In this document: one piece after another, positions 50,040-63,369 of the stretch
How the letters are laid out: each line of letters opens with the position of its first letter
Position numbering within the stretch: position 1 is the stretch's first letter
DNA from: Camelus dromedarius
Lineage: Eukaryota
Length of the DNA stretch: 64,000 nucleotides
Assembly (NCBI RefSeq): GCF_036321535.1
Contig: NC_087438.1
Location: 5,086,001-5,150,000 of the forward strand
Direction of reading: 5' to 3'
Translations under genes and position numbers: made by a program
The notes under the pieces: generated by a model
Database searches by the model: none
What the model saw: the letters and a program-made list of their open reading frames with translations, nothing else
Told to the model about the DNA's origin: nothing

Positions 50040-51530
50040 GAAAATTATGGACGGTGTTTCCTAACACATTTAAACAGAGAGTATAACCCGAGTGCGTTTT
50101 TTTTTACAGACCTACCAATGCGTTGCAGATCCAGTACAGATAATGTTTTTCTTCTAAGCCTTTCAGAGATAGGTTGCCAATCTGATGTTCCATTGCCCCC
50201 AGATGCTTTAGTGTGTAGTTCCCGCGGTACCGCCCTCCTGCATAGCCGCAATGCGGCCGTCAAAGCCAGAAATGCACCTGGTTCAGTTGCTGACGTTCAG
50301 GTCCCTCCAGCTTTCCCAGTAGTGTCCTTTACAGCAAAAGGGCCCACTCATCACGTTGTGTTCTTAAGTCTCCTTGCTTTTCCGTCTGGAACAATCCCTT
50401 AGTCTTTCCTTGGCTTTCATTATCTTAACGCATTTGAAGGTGGCAGGCCAGTTATTTTGTAAGATGTCCTTTAAATTGTGGTGTCCAGTATTTCCACATG
50501 AACAGGTTCAGTTACACATTTTGGCAGGAATCACAGAAGGGGTGGTGTGTCCTCATCACGTTCTGTCTAGGGCCCGTCCGTCCACTTCACCCCGTTACTT
50601 ACAGTGTCCTTGCTATTGGGGTGCTGTCCACCAGACTTTCCCATTTTGAAATTACTCTTTTCCTCCTTGTAATTATGCATATTTTGTGAAGAGATGCTTT
50701 GAAACCAGGCAAATATCCTGTTTCTCATCAAACTTTCAATGTATTCGTTTACTTACTAGTATCTGCACGGCCTGGTGCTCAGTAGGTTATAAACCGTTGC
50801 CATCCCTGTGTATTTTGATGCCCAGATGGCCTCAGATTTCTCTAGTGTGTGCCCCTTCAAGCTGTACCTTTGACAGGTCCCCATGATTCTTCGAGCATTT
50901 CCTCAATTTCTGGCACAAGATATCTCATCTATGCCCTCCCTGCCCTGGCCCTAAAATCAGCCGTCTCTCCAAGGAGCCCTGGTGCTTTTTGGTGAAGAAT
51001 GACATTTAGTGGCAAGATCTGGGCTTTGGGTCTTTCCATTGCCACTGAGGTGTCAGTGCCCCAAGCCAAGGCCCACACTTTGTACGTCTCTATTTTTATA
51101 TCTACTTACGTATTAGACACCGTGACTTCACACTGGTATTTCCATCTCCAGCCCGATGTAAGTGTCATGCCAGTTCTCTGTCCCTCCATGGCAGCTCCCT
51201 TGATCAGTAGTGAGAAATACTTAGCTCCCAGGATCCATAATATTTTACATATTTGATGAATCCCCGTATGTGAGGCGTCTCCTATCTGGATTGTCAACAC
51301 CTTCCCCTGCTCAGGTGCCCTCTCACTTGGCCTGGTGTCCCCTCCCCAGACCATGTTCCCCTCCCCCAGCTGGGGCTCTGGCATCCCATCTACATGGGGG
51401 TGTCCCCTCCCCTAGGTGGGGCTCAGACACCCAGTCCATGTGAGGGTGCCCCTCCCCCAGCTGGGGCTCTGACACCCAGTCCATGGGAAGGTGTCCCCTC
51501 CCCCAACTGCGGCCCTGTCCCCTGTGCTTG
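50040..51530 (-). mobile_element. L1MC4/5-like 3'UTR, antisense, ending in a ~46-bp tandem repeat
   Basis: ttttggcaggaatcacagaag; ttctggcacaagatatctcatc...ccctggccctaaaatcagccgtctctccaaggagccctggtgc...caagatctggg. Confidence 0.7.
51334..51520 (+). repeat. GC-rich minisatellite, 45-47-bp unit, about 3.5 copies
   Basis: Units start at about 51354, 51401, 51447 and 51492: tgtcccctcccccagctggggctctgacacccagtccatg(g/t)g... Confidence 0.88.
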
Positions 51531-53313
51531 ACTTTCCCCACCGCAGACATGCCTCACACCCAGCCCAGTTTGCCCTGGGTGAGTTTGGCTTCCCCCATTC
51601 CCTGCTGGTGCTGGTGCTTCCTTGCTCTGCCTCACCTGAGGGCTGAGCACTGAGTTATTCAAGGGGGAAGAAAAGGACGGGAAGGGAAGGGGAGGAGGCT
51701 GGGCCAGGAAGAGGAAGAGGAAGAGAGCGAACACACTTGGAATGGACTTGGCTTGTGGCCGAGGCAGAGATTCTTTTCAGTTACTCTCTCTGATTCCCTT
51801 CGTACTGGTCCGGGCAACTTTTCTTCTAACTCTTTTCTGTCTTTGTTTTCCTAACTGGGTTTCAAAGAGGAATTTTTCTAGAATCTGCGGTAGTTAAGGG
51901 ACTCTGAAACCCTTAATAACCAAGAGAATAAGTTATTCAGATACTAGGAAACTTTAAAAAAAGAAAGCAGTTTTGTATTGTCTATGTAAGAAGGCTATTT
52001 TGTTTCTCTATCATAAATTTAGCATAAGCACCAAAAGCCCTTAATAATTTATGATTAACAAGAAAATAAGAATTTTACCTGTATCAGTAGAGTAACATGC
52101 ATGTGATGGAAAGGTCCACAGAAGCAGCCAGGAGTCTTTTTTGTTTACGATTGTGTTAAAGCAGAGGGAAGCCGGGGCTAGGAAGACACGGTGAGAGCTC
52201 CCACCTTGTGCCGGGGTGCCTGCCTCCCGCTCGGGCCCTGCGTCGGCAGTTCTGCAGAGACGACCAGGATCTGGGTGGGGGTCTGCCTCCCCGGTAGGGG
52301 TGGCGGGTCCATCGCCCTGGAGCTCGGCCCCGCCTGCGCCCTGTGCTTGCCTGGCCCTCACTTCATCTTCAGCACACGCCTTGTCTGTTCTCTGTGTGCT
52401 AAGCTTCTGTAGGTCAGCGTCACGTCAGCACAATACTGAACCATCCTCAAGAAATTTCCACGCATCCCTATTTATATATTACAATTACATTTTGTATCTG
52501 GAATTTGCTTACTTTTCTTATATTTTTATTTCCTTGGTATTTGTAGCACGGTCAGCATTTTCATTGTGTGTATCTTGTATTTTCTCATGAGAGAGAAAGG
52601 GGAATTTGTAGATTTCTTCAGCAAGCAGTTTGTATAAGGATCCATAGTTATTAAAGAAGATCAGCTGAGCAGTGCATATTGATTTTCTGACAGGGTTTCT
52701 CATATCTCAGAGACATTTTATAGGATTCCTTTATGCAGTGGATTCTTTCATATATTTAAGTCGTGATACAGTTTGAAAAATTTTAGTTTGGACCTCAAGT
52801 AGAAAATATAGCCTGTCCTCTATGGCAAGTGTGTAATCAGTAGTAAGGCAGATTTGTTACATAACTGATTCTTTTTCAGTATAATTCAGGAACTGTGTGT
52901 TGGAGTCTGGAATTAAATTGCATTTAGAATCTAATCTGAGAAGCTCAAAGGAAAAACAGCAGGTTACCAGCTGCCCAGTTTCTGGCTGTGGAGGAGACTA
53001 ATTGTCAGGAATTTGGATCTCTGTTCCTACTGTTCGTCTTTAGAGAAGCTTAGGATATTAATATTTTTCCACAAGGGGCTGGGGGAGGGGGTGGAGATTG
53101 TACCACAGTTCATTTTGCATAGCATCCAGCTATGAATTGGTTATGATCGGTAGCCTACTTGAGCAAGCTATCATTTACCTGTTCTAAAGACATTACAATG
53201 TGGAAGGAGTGGGGTAAGTGTAGAGAAGAGGTAAAAACGGGCAAGTACTTACTGTGGCTAAATCCTAAAGCACATCTAAATGCCCATCACACCTCTGCTC
53301 TCCTTTCTCCTTC

Positions 53314-54218
53314 TGTTCCTGAGTCCAAGCTGGTACTGCTTGCCACACAGCAGGCCAGTAAATCGAGAGACGAGTTGTTGGGGCAAGGAATAGCCACTTT
53401 ATTTGGAAAGCCAGCACACTGAGAAGATGGTGGACTAGTGTCCCAAAGAACCATCTTGCCCGGGGTTGGATGCTAATGTTTTTTATAGAACAAAGATGGG
53501 GAAGTGAGGAGGTAAAGGTAAAAAAGAAGGAGGGGAGCGATAAAATTGTTACAGATATTTCCTGGTTCGGGCCAGACCCACGAGGGGTGTGTTAATTGTT
53601 TCCTTCCTGCAGTCATTCCCAGGTGGGCCTGGTCAGGATGTTTCCTGTGAGCTAAACAAAGGTATTTTATTTTATTTTATTAACTTTTTTTTATTAAGTT
53701 ATAGTCATTTTACAATATTGTGTCAAATTTCAGTGTACAGCACAATTTTTCAGTTATACATGAACATACATATATTCATTGTCACATTTTTTTTCCCACT
53801 GTGAGCTACCACAAGATCTTGTATATATTTCCCTGTGCTATACAATGTGATCTTGTTTATCTATTCTGCATATGCCTGTCAGTATCTACAGATTTTGAAC
53901 TCCTAGTCTGTCCCTTCCCACCCCCCATCCCCCTTGGCAACCACAAGTGTGTATTCTATGTCTATGAGTCTGTTCTATTTTGTATTTATGTTCTTTTTTT
54001 TAGATTCCACATATGATCGATCTCATATGGAATTTTTCTCTTTAGCTTAACATTCAGGCCTGGGAGGCAGGGGTCCTGGAGTTAGGCCATTATGTATACT
54101 TGAAGCTTATAGGCAGTGTCCCTTTAGTGATTAACTTCTAGCAAAAGCAATAGAATACGAAGGTTGAAGGAAAAGAAACAGATCTGATATGGAGTCAGAT
54201 TTGTTCTTTCCTATTACA
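53314..54218 (-). mobile_element. ERV1-class solo LTR, antisense, with nested L1 fragment
   Basis: TG...CA termini (minus strand starts tgtaataggaaagaacaaatctgactccatatc); minus-strand AATAAA at 53398-53403; 4-bp TSD cttc at 53310-53313 and 54219-54222. Confidence 0.85.
53670..54040 (-). mobile_element. Young lineage-specific L1 3' end inserted in the LTR
   Basis: T-rich tail, then attaagttatagtcattttacaat...ttccctgtgctatacaat...cccccttggcaaccacaag...tagattccacatatg; same family type as 13690-14286 and 63684-63962. Confidence 0.88.
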
Positions 54219-55579
54219 CTTCATTATCCTTGCCCCAGCTGGACAGGTAAACCCCATTCTCCTCTAAATGACAGGGACTTTGCACCATCTCATCCCACCA
54301 AAGAGAGTTTGGTGTAGGGCAAGTGAACAATGAAACAAAAATTTACACTTCCCTGCAGGATACCAAACCCTTTAAAAACGCTCTGGCAATTTTGAGAATG
54401 TTTGAGGCCAGGAAGCTTTATGTTGGTAATAGACTGTTTGACTCTAATGACGGAATGAGATCCAGGTTTGTTTTCTAGTGTTTGTGAAGCTGTCTTGGGG
54501 AGGGGGCAGAAGGAACAGAGGTAAAGGGAAGCCTTCTTAGACTACGAGTTTTGTCTTAGAGATTTGATCAAAGGAGCCTGAAAAAGAAAAATTTCTCTAA
54601 AAATGAAAAATGCCATTGATGAGCCATCAGCCGTCTCTGTCCTTTTCTTGAATCTGTCACCTGAATCCTGAGCTTTCAGTTCTTTCAAAGGAATGGATTC
54701 GTGTCAAATTAGACACATCATTACAGACTGATCACATGCTGGCTGAATGCCGCATTGCCCTGGCTGACATCGGTGGTTTTCCTTTACTTTCACCAACCCA
54801 TGCATTTTGTTCCATTACACACAGAGATCTGAGGCGCTCTCCATTCCACATGTTTATTTTTGAGGAGAGTTTGTGGAGGATATTGATGTCTAATCATTTA
54901 TTAAACCATCAGTGATGCTTTTTAAAACCCCTAGAAAACAAGGAGAGCATCAGCAGCACCCCACCATGGGGCGTCGCACAGGATGGGCTCCTTCTGTGTA
55001 CTTGCAGCACAAATGATGAATCTGCTGGATTGTGTGAACTTGAGAGGGTACTATATCTGCAGCTTGACTTTAGCAAGAACTTTGCTCTAGTTCTAAGGGG
55101 TGTCTTTAAAGAGTAGAGAGAAAGCCAATGAGCTGGTGCCATGGAGAGAGTATGTGCACATAGTCACCGGGAGGCACCCCAAGGAGAGACAGGGCTGGGG
55201 GTGTTCCTAGTTATCTGCAAAGTGTGAAGAATAATAATAATGACTTCTTCCTCGGGCAGCAGAGATGATTAAATGAGATGATAAATGAAAAGGACTTAAC
55301 TGGACCGGGTACATAGTGAGTACGTCAGTGAGTAATACCAGGTGTTGATAATGTTAACTGCACGGTGACAGACCTACAGCAGTCTCATCATATTTGTGGA
55401 GTGCAGTGGACTGGATAGGCTGGGCGCATAGGGAAGGGACATGCTTCCTATCCATTTTTGCAGCAGTAATCACAGCATGCCTCCCTTAGGTGATGTGAGG
55501 TCCTGCTGGCCAGACTCTGGGTGAATCATGTTTGATATCCTTCTCAGTAGCTCGTGAATGTCTTGATATGAGAGAGAAT

Positions 55580-56250
55580 ATGAGGTGGTGGGTAGAGCAT
55601 GCGCTTTGGTCTCAGGTGGAATCTGAGTGTGGATTCTCTTCTCCCGCTTAACAGCCCTGTGCGGTGAACATGAGGATGGGCCACTCGCATCTCCCTGAGA
55701 GAAAGGCCGGCTGTCCTGCTGTTGGGGGTGTTGTTAGTGACTGACTTTCAGCTCTTAGACGCTTCCAGGCTGCCTTAGGTGCATAGAGCTCCCAGCCCAA
55801 TGTCATACCTTTCAAAGAGTGGTCCACATCCGTGACTGATAGAGTTGGGGGTTTAAATTCTCTCCGTTTTGGCCCAATGCAGAACAGGTCCGATGGGCCA
55901 TTTTAGCTCCAGAGCTTCTTTGAGTTTGTCTGAAGTTGTCAGGCCCACATCCCAGCTCAGCCTCTCACTCTGCCAAGTCCTGCATCCTTCCTTCCTGATG
56001 GGCGTTGATCCAAACGGCATCCCCTAATAAACACCGATTTCTGTTTCAGAATGTGCTTCCTGGAGAACCCAACTGCAGCATCAAATAAACTTGTACTAAT
56101 TCTTTGGTTTACTCAGTTTTCTCATCTCTAATATGGTGACAGTAACACCAGCCTCCCTAGATAGTCGCTGGCCTTGGTGCTGATTAGATGATTTAGTGTA
56201 CAAGAACTGTTACCAAGCAGGGCTTGTCCTTAGCCCTCACTAAACAGTAG
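55580..56250 (+). mobile_element. MIR split by an ERVL-class (LTR16/LTR33-like) LTR at about 55670-56080
   Basis: MIR 5' part (gtgggtagagcatgcgctttggtctcagg); LTR end cccctaataaac...tgcttcctggagaaccccaactgcagca; MIR resumes (actcagttttctcatctctaatatgg). Confidence 0.55.
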
Positions 56251-56846
56251 ATAGAAGCAGCAGCAGTAATGTATTGTGTTAAGTCTAAATGACTTTTACA
56301 GAAGCTAAGAAATGTGGAGCATAGAAATACTTCGAGGATATATGTTAATAACCAAAGTCCGAGTGACCTATGGAATTAAGTAGGGTGAAAGTTGCATCAT
56401 ACGTATGTAAGACTCTCAGAGCCAGGTCTGGTCTGGTTGACCATCCTGCAGTGTGTCCTACCCAGACCTAAGGTAGGGGGGCGTGGCTTCATCCTGGTGA
56501 GGTGCCAGAAGCCCACACTCCATTGACCAGTGGAGCTCAGAAGTTCTGCTAATTCCTGTGCATCTGTAGGGTAATGGAATAGTTGGGTTTGGAAACACGA
56601 GACACAGCTCACCTCTTGTCAGGACTGAGAGAGAAGCATTTATAGGGTCGGTTGCCACTGTCTTGTTCCCTGCAAAAGCCACTCCTGTTCCCCAGACACC
56701 CATGGGGATTGCTCACTTGGACCAGCCAGTGGTGCCTTGATGGGTTGGATCTGACCATCCTGCAGCTCAGCTTTGTGGTCATAGAGATGTGCATATATAC
56801 AGCTCCATCTTGTGCATCACTCCTACCACACCCCCACCTGAGATAC

Positions 56847-57295
56847 TGTATTGGTTTCCTAATCCTGCTGAAAAAAATTACCGCAATCTTGGTTGCTTAA
56901 AACAACAGCAGTTTCTAAATTCTGAAGTTTATCATTTCACAGAAATCAAAACCAAGGTGTTGGCAAAGCTGGGTTCCCTGGATGCTCTGAGGGAGAAGAT
57001 TTTCACACCTCTCTCCTAGCTTCTGTTGGTCACCAGCAGTAGTTGGCATCCCTTGGCCTGGGGCTTCAAAACTCCAATCTCTGTGCCCATCCTCACTGGC
57101 CTCTTCATGTCTCTGCATCTTGTCCCCTTCTGTCTCTTACAGGGACACTGGCCAGTGTCTTTAAGGCCCACTCTGATAATCTCATAGCAGCATCCTTAAT
57201 TTAATTAGATCTGCAATGACTCTTATTTCAAGCAAGTTCATAATCTGAGGTTCCCATTAGACATAACTTCAGGGTCTTCTGTTCAACCCACTACA
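56847..57295 (-). mobile_element. MaLR MLT1 (B/C-like) solo LTR
   Basis: tgtattggtttcct...ttaccgcaatcttggttgcttaaaacaacag...gttcaacccactaca; 5-bp TSD gatac (56842-56846) / gacac (57296-57300). Confidence 0.85.
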
Positions 57296-57729
57296 GACAC
57301 CAGCAGCCACAGCTGGACAGCAGTTCCACCCTCTCCCGCAGGACTTGCCCCAGACTCTCCATGTGTTGTACGAGACCAGAGGGTCTGTGGAGCTCCACTT
57401 GCCTTGCCTGCTCAGGTGTGACTAAGCTCTACGGAGTGTAACAGATGGAGATACTTGCTTGGAAGTATCTATGGTAACACGTAGGGAAAGAAAGCAAAGC
57501 TGGAAGAGTTTAGAGTGAGGAAACATACGGGAATTCCACTCTTGTTTAAATAAAACTCTCATCCATAGGGTAGTCAGCAAGGATTCCTGAGGGATGGTTG
57601 CAGATGGGAGGGCAACTGAACATCTGTCATTGGCTCTTTGCCCCACTTTTTAAAAAACAGGTGATATGGTCACATTTAAAAAAAAATTTAAGATAAAGGT
57701 TTCAAAAGGTTTTCAGTAAATATGCTTCT

Positions 57730-59830
57730 TCCAAGCATTTTGAATTCTCTCATTGTTTGTAGTGGTTTTTCATTTGATCCTTTTAGGATTTCTGGGTATA
57801 TAATCACATCATTTTCAAATGAATATGCATTTTCTGATTTTTAAAACCGTCTTTTCTTTCCAATTGCTTTGCCTTGTGCCTCCAGAAAAAAAAAAAATTA
57901 ACATTAACATGGTAGTAGACTCACTTGTTTTTTTATTATTATTATTTAGTAGGACTGATGTTTGTGCTTTAAGCAGTATGCTGGCTTTTGGATTAAGTTA
58001 AATAAATGTTATAATTTGAAGGATGTAACTATTCCTAGTTAGAGACATTTTCTTTTTTGTTTTTTTTTAAACAATGATCTTGAACTTTATCAAAAGACTT
58101 TTTAAAAAAAATAACCCATGGGCAAAATTGTGTGATTTATCCTCTTTTATAGTATTGAAAAATTATTGAATTTCTGGAATTAAGTCAGCAGGTCATGTTG
58201 TGTTTTTATCTAATTTGCTGCTTGGTTCTTTTGACTAACAATTATGAAGGATTTTGAATCTATTTTGACAATAAGAGCAAGTGCAGGCAGCACTGGCCAT
58301 GGGCCAGGGATGAGGCTGGGTGCTTCACTCATGGGTGACCACCTTCCATCCCAAATGTTCATTTAGATGAGAGAACATTCCCTTTTTTTTTTCTGTGCAA
58401 ATTCTTCTGTTCAGATTTACTTTCTTTTCTGGAATGTTTTTCTCAAAGATGCACTCTTATAACTGTAGTTTCTTTCATCTAAGATTGCAGTTGTATTCCG
58501 TGGAGTTGAGTAACCTCTTCTCATGGTTTCACTTATCTTTGTTCTTGTGTGTACTTTTCCCTGGTTAGTTTCTTATTCTTCAGATTTGTCCTTTCTCTGT
58601 TAACTCCTGATTCGTCTTAACAATTTTTTGCTTATTTCTTTTATTTCTCCAAAGGGTGAATTTTTAATATATTTATTATTTTTATTGATTTTCTGTAATT
58701 TTATTTCAGCTTTTTATTTATTAATTCCTTACATTAATTTTCCTTGGGCTTGTTTTATTTTATTTCAAACTTTTTGTGTTAGATGCTTAATCCATTCATT
58801 TTTTCTCTTTTATTTACATACATGAAAGTATTGCAGGCTATGCATTTTCCTCTGGAGCCTGCTTTAGCTCTATGCTTTGTTTGTACCCATCATCATTATT
58901 TCCTAGATACTTTGATGATTTGGTTTGAATTTCTTTTCTGACACAGAGGAACTTCGTTGTTGTCTTATTTTTAGATGATAGTGGATTTTTATTTTCTGCT
59001 TTATTATTAATTTTAGCCCTTTCTGCATTAAGATTGGAGAACTGTCTGTGCTCTTTCTACTTTTTAGAATTTATTGAGGTCATTGTTTGGTAATCGAAGG
59101 CCAGCCTGGACTGCTCCTTCCCCTTACAACAGAATTGATCTTTCTGCCTGATTGCCCAAGGGGCTTCTTTATTTCTGAAGTCCAGCAACTTTACTGCAAC
59201 TTGATGCTTTATTACTGCTTGGCACTTAATTTTCCATTTTTGCAGAGTCCCTTTTTGATATGAACTACGTGCCGCTGCTGCTACTGCTAACCACGCTCAT
59301 CACCACCACTAGAGCTCTGAGCACTCGTGGGGGTGAGTTGCTGTGCTAAGTGACGCTCAAGTCCTTGTGTTCCTCTAGCCAGTGGAGATGCTTAGGGACA
59401 GAACCTCCATGCTTCAGAGCAGGACTGCTGCCTGCAGGCGCCTGGTGATGCCACTCCTTCTGGAGCCCGGCCTCCTGAGCATCCTGAATCCAAGAGGGTT
59501 TCCACCAATATTCCTTCAATTGCAAAAGAGGGTGGGGCGTGACTTTTACACCTCTGGGTGGGCTCCTCACCTTGGCGAGGTGCGTTTCTGCTTCCTTTCT
59601 GAATCTGTGGCCTCCTTTACTAGGGTTCTCTTATAGTTCTTTTCTTGATTTCCCGCCTCTGGGCCCTGATTGCATTTAGAAGCCCTTGGAATCTGGAGGG
59701 TCTATTGATCTTCTAATTTTGTTGAAAATATGAATTATATATGTATTTCCTGTGCGCTTTGGTGTTCTGGTTAATTTCCAAGAAAAGAAGAAGAAATGCC
59801 ATCTTTATGGGTCAAACTGGAAATACTTAG
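57730..59830 (-). mobile_element. Very old L1ME/HAL1-like fragments, antisense
   Basis: T-rich with antisense L1 motifs (ttttaggatttctgggtatataatcacatcat; ggctatgcattttcctctggagcctgctttagct; tttttagaatttattgagg). Confidence 0.6.
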
Positions 59831-59953
59831 TTTTTAACCTTTTATTGGTTTCTTAAATTTTCACCTTCTGTGTCAAACTCTAGATCAAGACATTGACCAA
59901 AAAATGGGACGAGGAAGTAGAAAATAACAGGTAAAGAGACTAAACAGCTCAGG

Positions 59954-60069
59954 GCTCCACTCTTAGGACCTCATCTAATCTGAGTTACTTCCTTACCCTA
60001 CATCCAGTCACATGGGGGGTTAGGGCCCCAACATGTGAATTTGGGGGAGACACAGTTTGGTCCATGGCA
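59954..60069 (-). mobile_element. MaLR (MST/MLT1A-like) LTR fragment
   Basis: gacctcatctaatctgagttacttcc...cacatggggggttagggccccaacatgtgaatttgggggagacacagtttggtccatggca. Confidence 0.7.
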
Positions 60070-60701
60070 GTTGGTTTGTCTGATTTACTAAAAGTTTAGC
60101 AAGTGTGAGCCCCAGCATTGTTTAGAGGACTCGTGCTTCAAAGCCTTCTGTTCTAGTCCTGGGGCGTTCCTGCTCTCCTCTCCGCGTTTGAACTCACGGA
60201 GACAGACCTGAGCTGACCAGAAGCAGAGCTAAGGTGGTGAAGCGACCAGTGCCCATGGGGAGTCACTGATCTGGAGATGAAGGCTGAGGGCGTGGGGACC
60301 CTCCTCACTTCTCTGCCCAATCCCGTAGTCTGCTCTGTGTTATGATTTTCTGCACGAATCCTCCCATCCTCTTCCAGGATGCTTATTTGTCTGTGTGTTC
60401 TTCTGTCACACATCCCTGGGCCTTGAGATGAGCTGTTGAGATCTGTGGCAGGAATCTGAGCTTTTTAATATTTTTATTTGTCCCAGCACAGAGGGTACGC
60501 AATGTTAAATGGATGCCTGCATGAATAGACTCATGAGGGGTGGGATGAAAGTGCGTGCAAACACATGGCATCGTAAACATCCGTGCTCCTTGGGTAGATA
60601 ACACCAAACGAGGGGACTGGCGGGCAGTTCTTTCTCTGTGCGACATCTCTGAGCATGAGCGCTGGGCGAGGTGGTCATGTCCTTTAAAGAGGGTCAGGAA
60701 G

Positions 60702-60872
60702 CGAGGAGGGTACAGCTCAGTGGTAGCGTGTGTGTTTAGCATGCAGGAGGTCCTGGGTTCAATCCCGAGTGCCTCCATTAACACAAAATAAATGAATATT
60801 CCTAAAAACCTCCCTCCTCAAAATGAGATAAAAATTCAGCAAAAAAAATTCACAAATGAAAAAAACTTTTTT
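60702..60872 (+). mobile_element. tRNA-Ala-derived SINE (vic-1-like)
   Basis: gagggtacagctcagtggtagcgtgtgtgtttagcatgcaggaggtcctgggttcaatcccgagtgcctcca plus A-rich tail. TSD tttaaagagggtcaggaag (60683-60701) / tttaaagaatcaggaag (60873-60889). Confidence 0.88.
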
Positions 60873-61933
60873 TTTAAAGAATCAGGAAGAGTGACAATGA
60901 CCCTGACACCCTTAATTAAACTTCTATTTTGTCATTTTGCTTTCATCACGACGTAAGATCCTCACATGAATTTTAAGTAAGTTTTAAACCAAACTTGTAG
61001 TGTTATAATCAGAGGAAAGACACGATCCTAATTAGGATCTGGGTACACACAGGGTTCGAGGATCCGGGAGTACTTGTCCTTGACAGGAAAATTAGACAAA
61101 ATTGAACTGGTCTCCAGTGATGTTAACATGATTCATAAGAAAAATCGGCTGGAGGCTTGAGTCCAAGCAGCCCCTGCGAGCTTTGTCCCTGGACCGATAC
61201 AGAGCATTTTATCCATTTAGCCACTTAAAGAGGCAGAGAAGGCCACTGATTTGAGTTCCTTTTAATTAAGAAATAAAGACACTTTTCAAAAATCGTAAAG
61301 ACACTGAGGGCATTCATCTGAAGCAAACTGCCTGACAGGTATCTCGGAAAGTTTTGTCAATGAAGGACTTAGTGCTTCAAGCTAAGGGTTATCCTGTGAT
61401 CTAAACCTCTGGTTTTGGGTTTAATAATAGGTTGAAGACTGCTTCTTTTGATTGAGCACAAAGAATGCTCTGTGGGCAGAGCTAAGCCTTCATTTGGAAG
61501 GTCATCCAGCCTTTCCATGCCGAAGAGTGTCCAGACTCTTAGGAAATTCTGCTCATCATGGGGTGTGGAAGTCTTGTGTCTCAGATACAGTGGTCCCAAG
61601 TGGACCTGTCCCTTGTGGGCCCATTTGGTAGCTGTGGGATTGGAGGTGACAGCTGTTGTGACGGAAGTGGGTGGATCGCAGCAGCGGTTAGGAGGAGGTG
61701 ACTAGAAGAGCCTCACCTGTGCAGGTGGGACGCGCTGCCCATTCCTGCCGTCTCTCAGTGAATCTTGCAGAGTTGGTTCAGTACTAATTGATTCAGTTGA
61801 TTATCCTTCGAGAAACTTCTCTGGTGACTCTAAGAACTGGGATCTTACGACTCTGACATCTTATTACTGCATTGCAAATCCCATTTTTAGTTCTTTTTGT
61901 TACGTGATCTACTGTGTATTAAAACCCATTCTT

Positions 61934-62080
61934 GGGGGGAGGGTATATATTTTAAGTGGTGAAACACGTGGTCAGCATGCAAGAGGTCCCGGGATCAATC
62001 CCCATTACCGCCTCCAAACAGAAATAAATGAATAAACCTAGTGACCCCCCCCATAAAAAAACAAAACAAATGAACAAACA
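61934..62080 (+). mobile_element. tRNA-Ala-derived SINE (vic-1-like), more diverged
   Basis: ggggagggtatatattttaagtggtgaaacacgtggtcagcatgcaagaggtcccgggatcaatcccc, then aaacctagtgacccc. TSD aaaacccattct / aaaaccccactc. Confidence 0.8.
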
Positions 62081-63369
62081 AAAACCCCACTCGGGGCACT
62101 TCCCTCAGCAATAGTTTGCCTTTACAACTTATTTAACAGCTTTTTGAACTTTTGAGGAGTTTGGTCAGTTTTTTCTTATAAATATAAGTTTTCACATTGA
62201 TCTAGCTTTTAGACTAAAAGCTGTCATTTCTAAACAAAATTTAAAAGTAAACGTATAGACTACATACACAGTTAATTTCTTTCCTTCCCTTAACTCTGTC
62301 TCATACGGAATTTAAAGAATTTTGTGGGTTTGGATTAAAAAGACTAGGTAAGTGTGTAGAAATTTCATCCTGGTGTTGGATTCTTATGGAAACTCTTAAG
62401 AACTATTTTGAGCTTATCTTTCTTTTGGATCAATTTAAGATTCTCATTTCTTATTTAGCATGCTTTCAAATCTAATATTTATAACATCCACAAAGTGGAA
62501 AAGTATTTCTGTTTCTTCCCAGGCCGTTTTACTTGCATATAATTCGAGAATCATTTTGATTATCTCTGGCTCCAGGTCTCAGTAAATGTTTGTCTTCAGA
62601 ATTAGCCAGAAATCACTTTCCTGCTTCATCCTGCTGCCCCCCACCCTGGAAGCTGCAGGAGACAGACGCCTGGCCTGGCTTTGCGCCTGACCCACAGCCC
62701 TGCAGGTGACCATCCTAGAGCTGACGTCCGCCTTCACAGTCCTCCAGTGGTTCTTATTTCCTGCAGGCCAAGTGACCCAGGTCTCTTGGGATAGGATGCA
62801 AGGCCCTGTACCATGTGCGCCCTCCCCGCCCCTCCCTCGCTCCCCCCCTGCTGCACTCGCAGCTCTGCAGACGCTGAGCTCCTTGTGGGTACCTGATTGT
62901 GCTCTGCCTTATCTCACCTAAGAACTGTTACGTCTGTTTTGTCCTTGCTCTGGAGCATCCCCCTCTTATCGCCTGGCCAGCCTTGAGAACAAGCCGCGTG
63001 TCCCTTGCAGAAAGTCCTCCATGACCCATGAACTGTCCCAGGAGCCCGAGTTTGGGCTCTCGGAGCCCAGTCATAACTCTCCTCTCACCTCGAGTTCTTG
63101 GCTCTCTTTTCTGATGCCTGCGCTGCCTGGATGCTGCTTGTAGAAGGGGCTTTGTCTTGGCTCTGTGGTCCACAGCGGGCATGCAGATGCTTCCTGGATA
63201 TGCAGCATGCCTCTGTTCACTGTCCCTCATCTTTTGAACCTGCAGCTGTAGAACTAGGAAAGCTTATTTGTGCGCTGTGCTGGCAAAAGAAGTTAAATTC
63301 TCTTGTGAATTATTTTTGCTTCATCCCCTGGAAGTGAAAGACGTGTCTCCACTTTTCAAAGACAACGTG

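Noticed and set aside
51334..51520. Repeat array as CRISPR-like
   Set aside because: Head-to-tail units without unique spacers, eukaryotic context, no cas genes.
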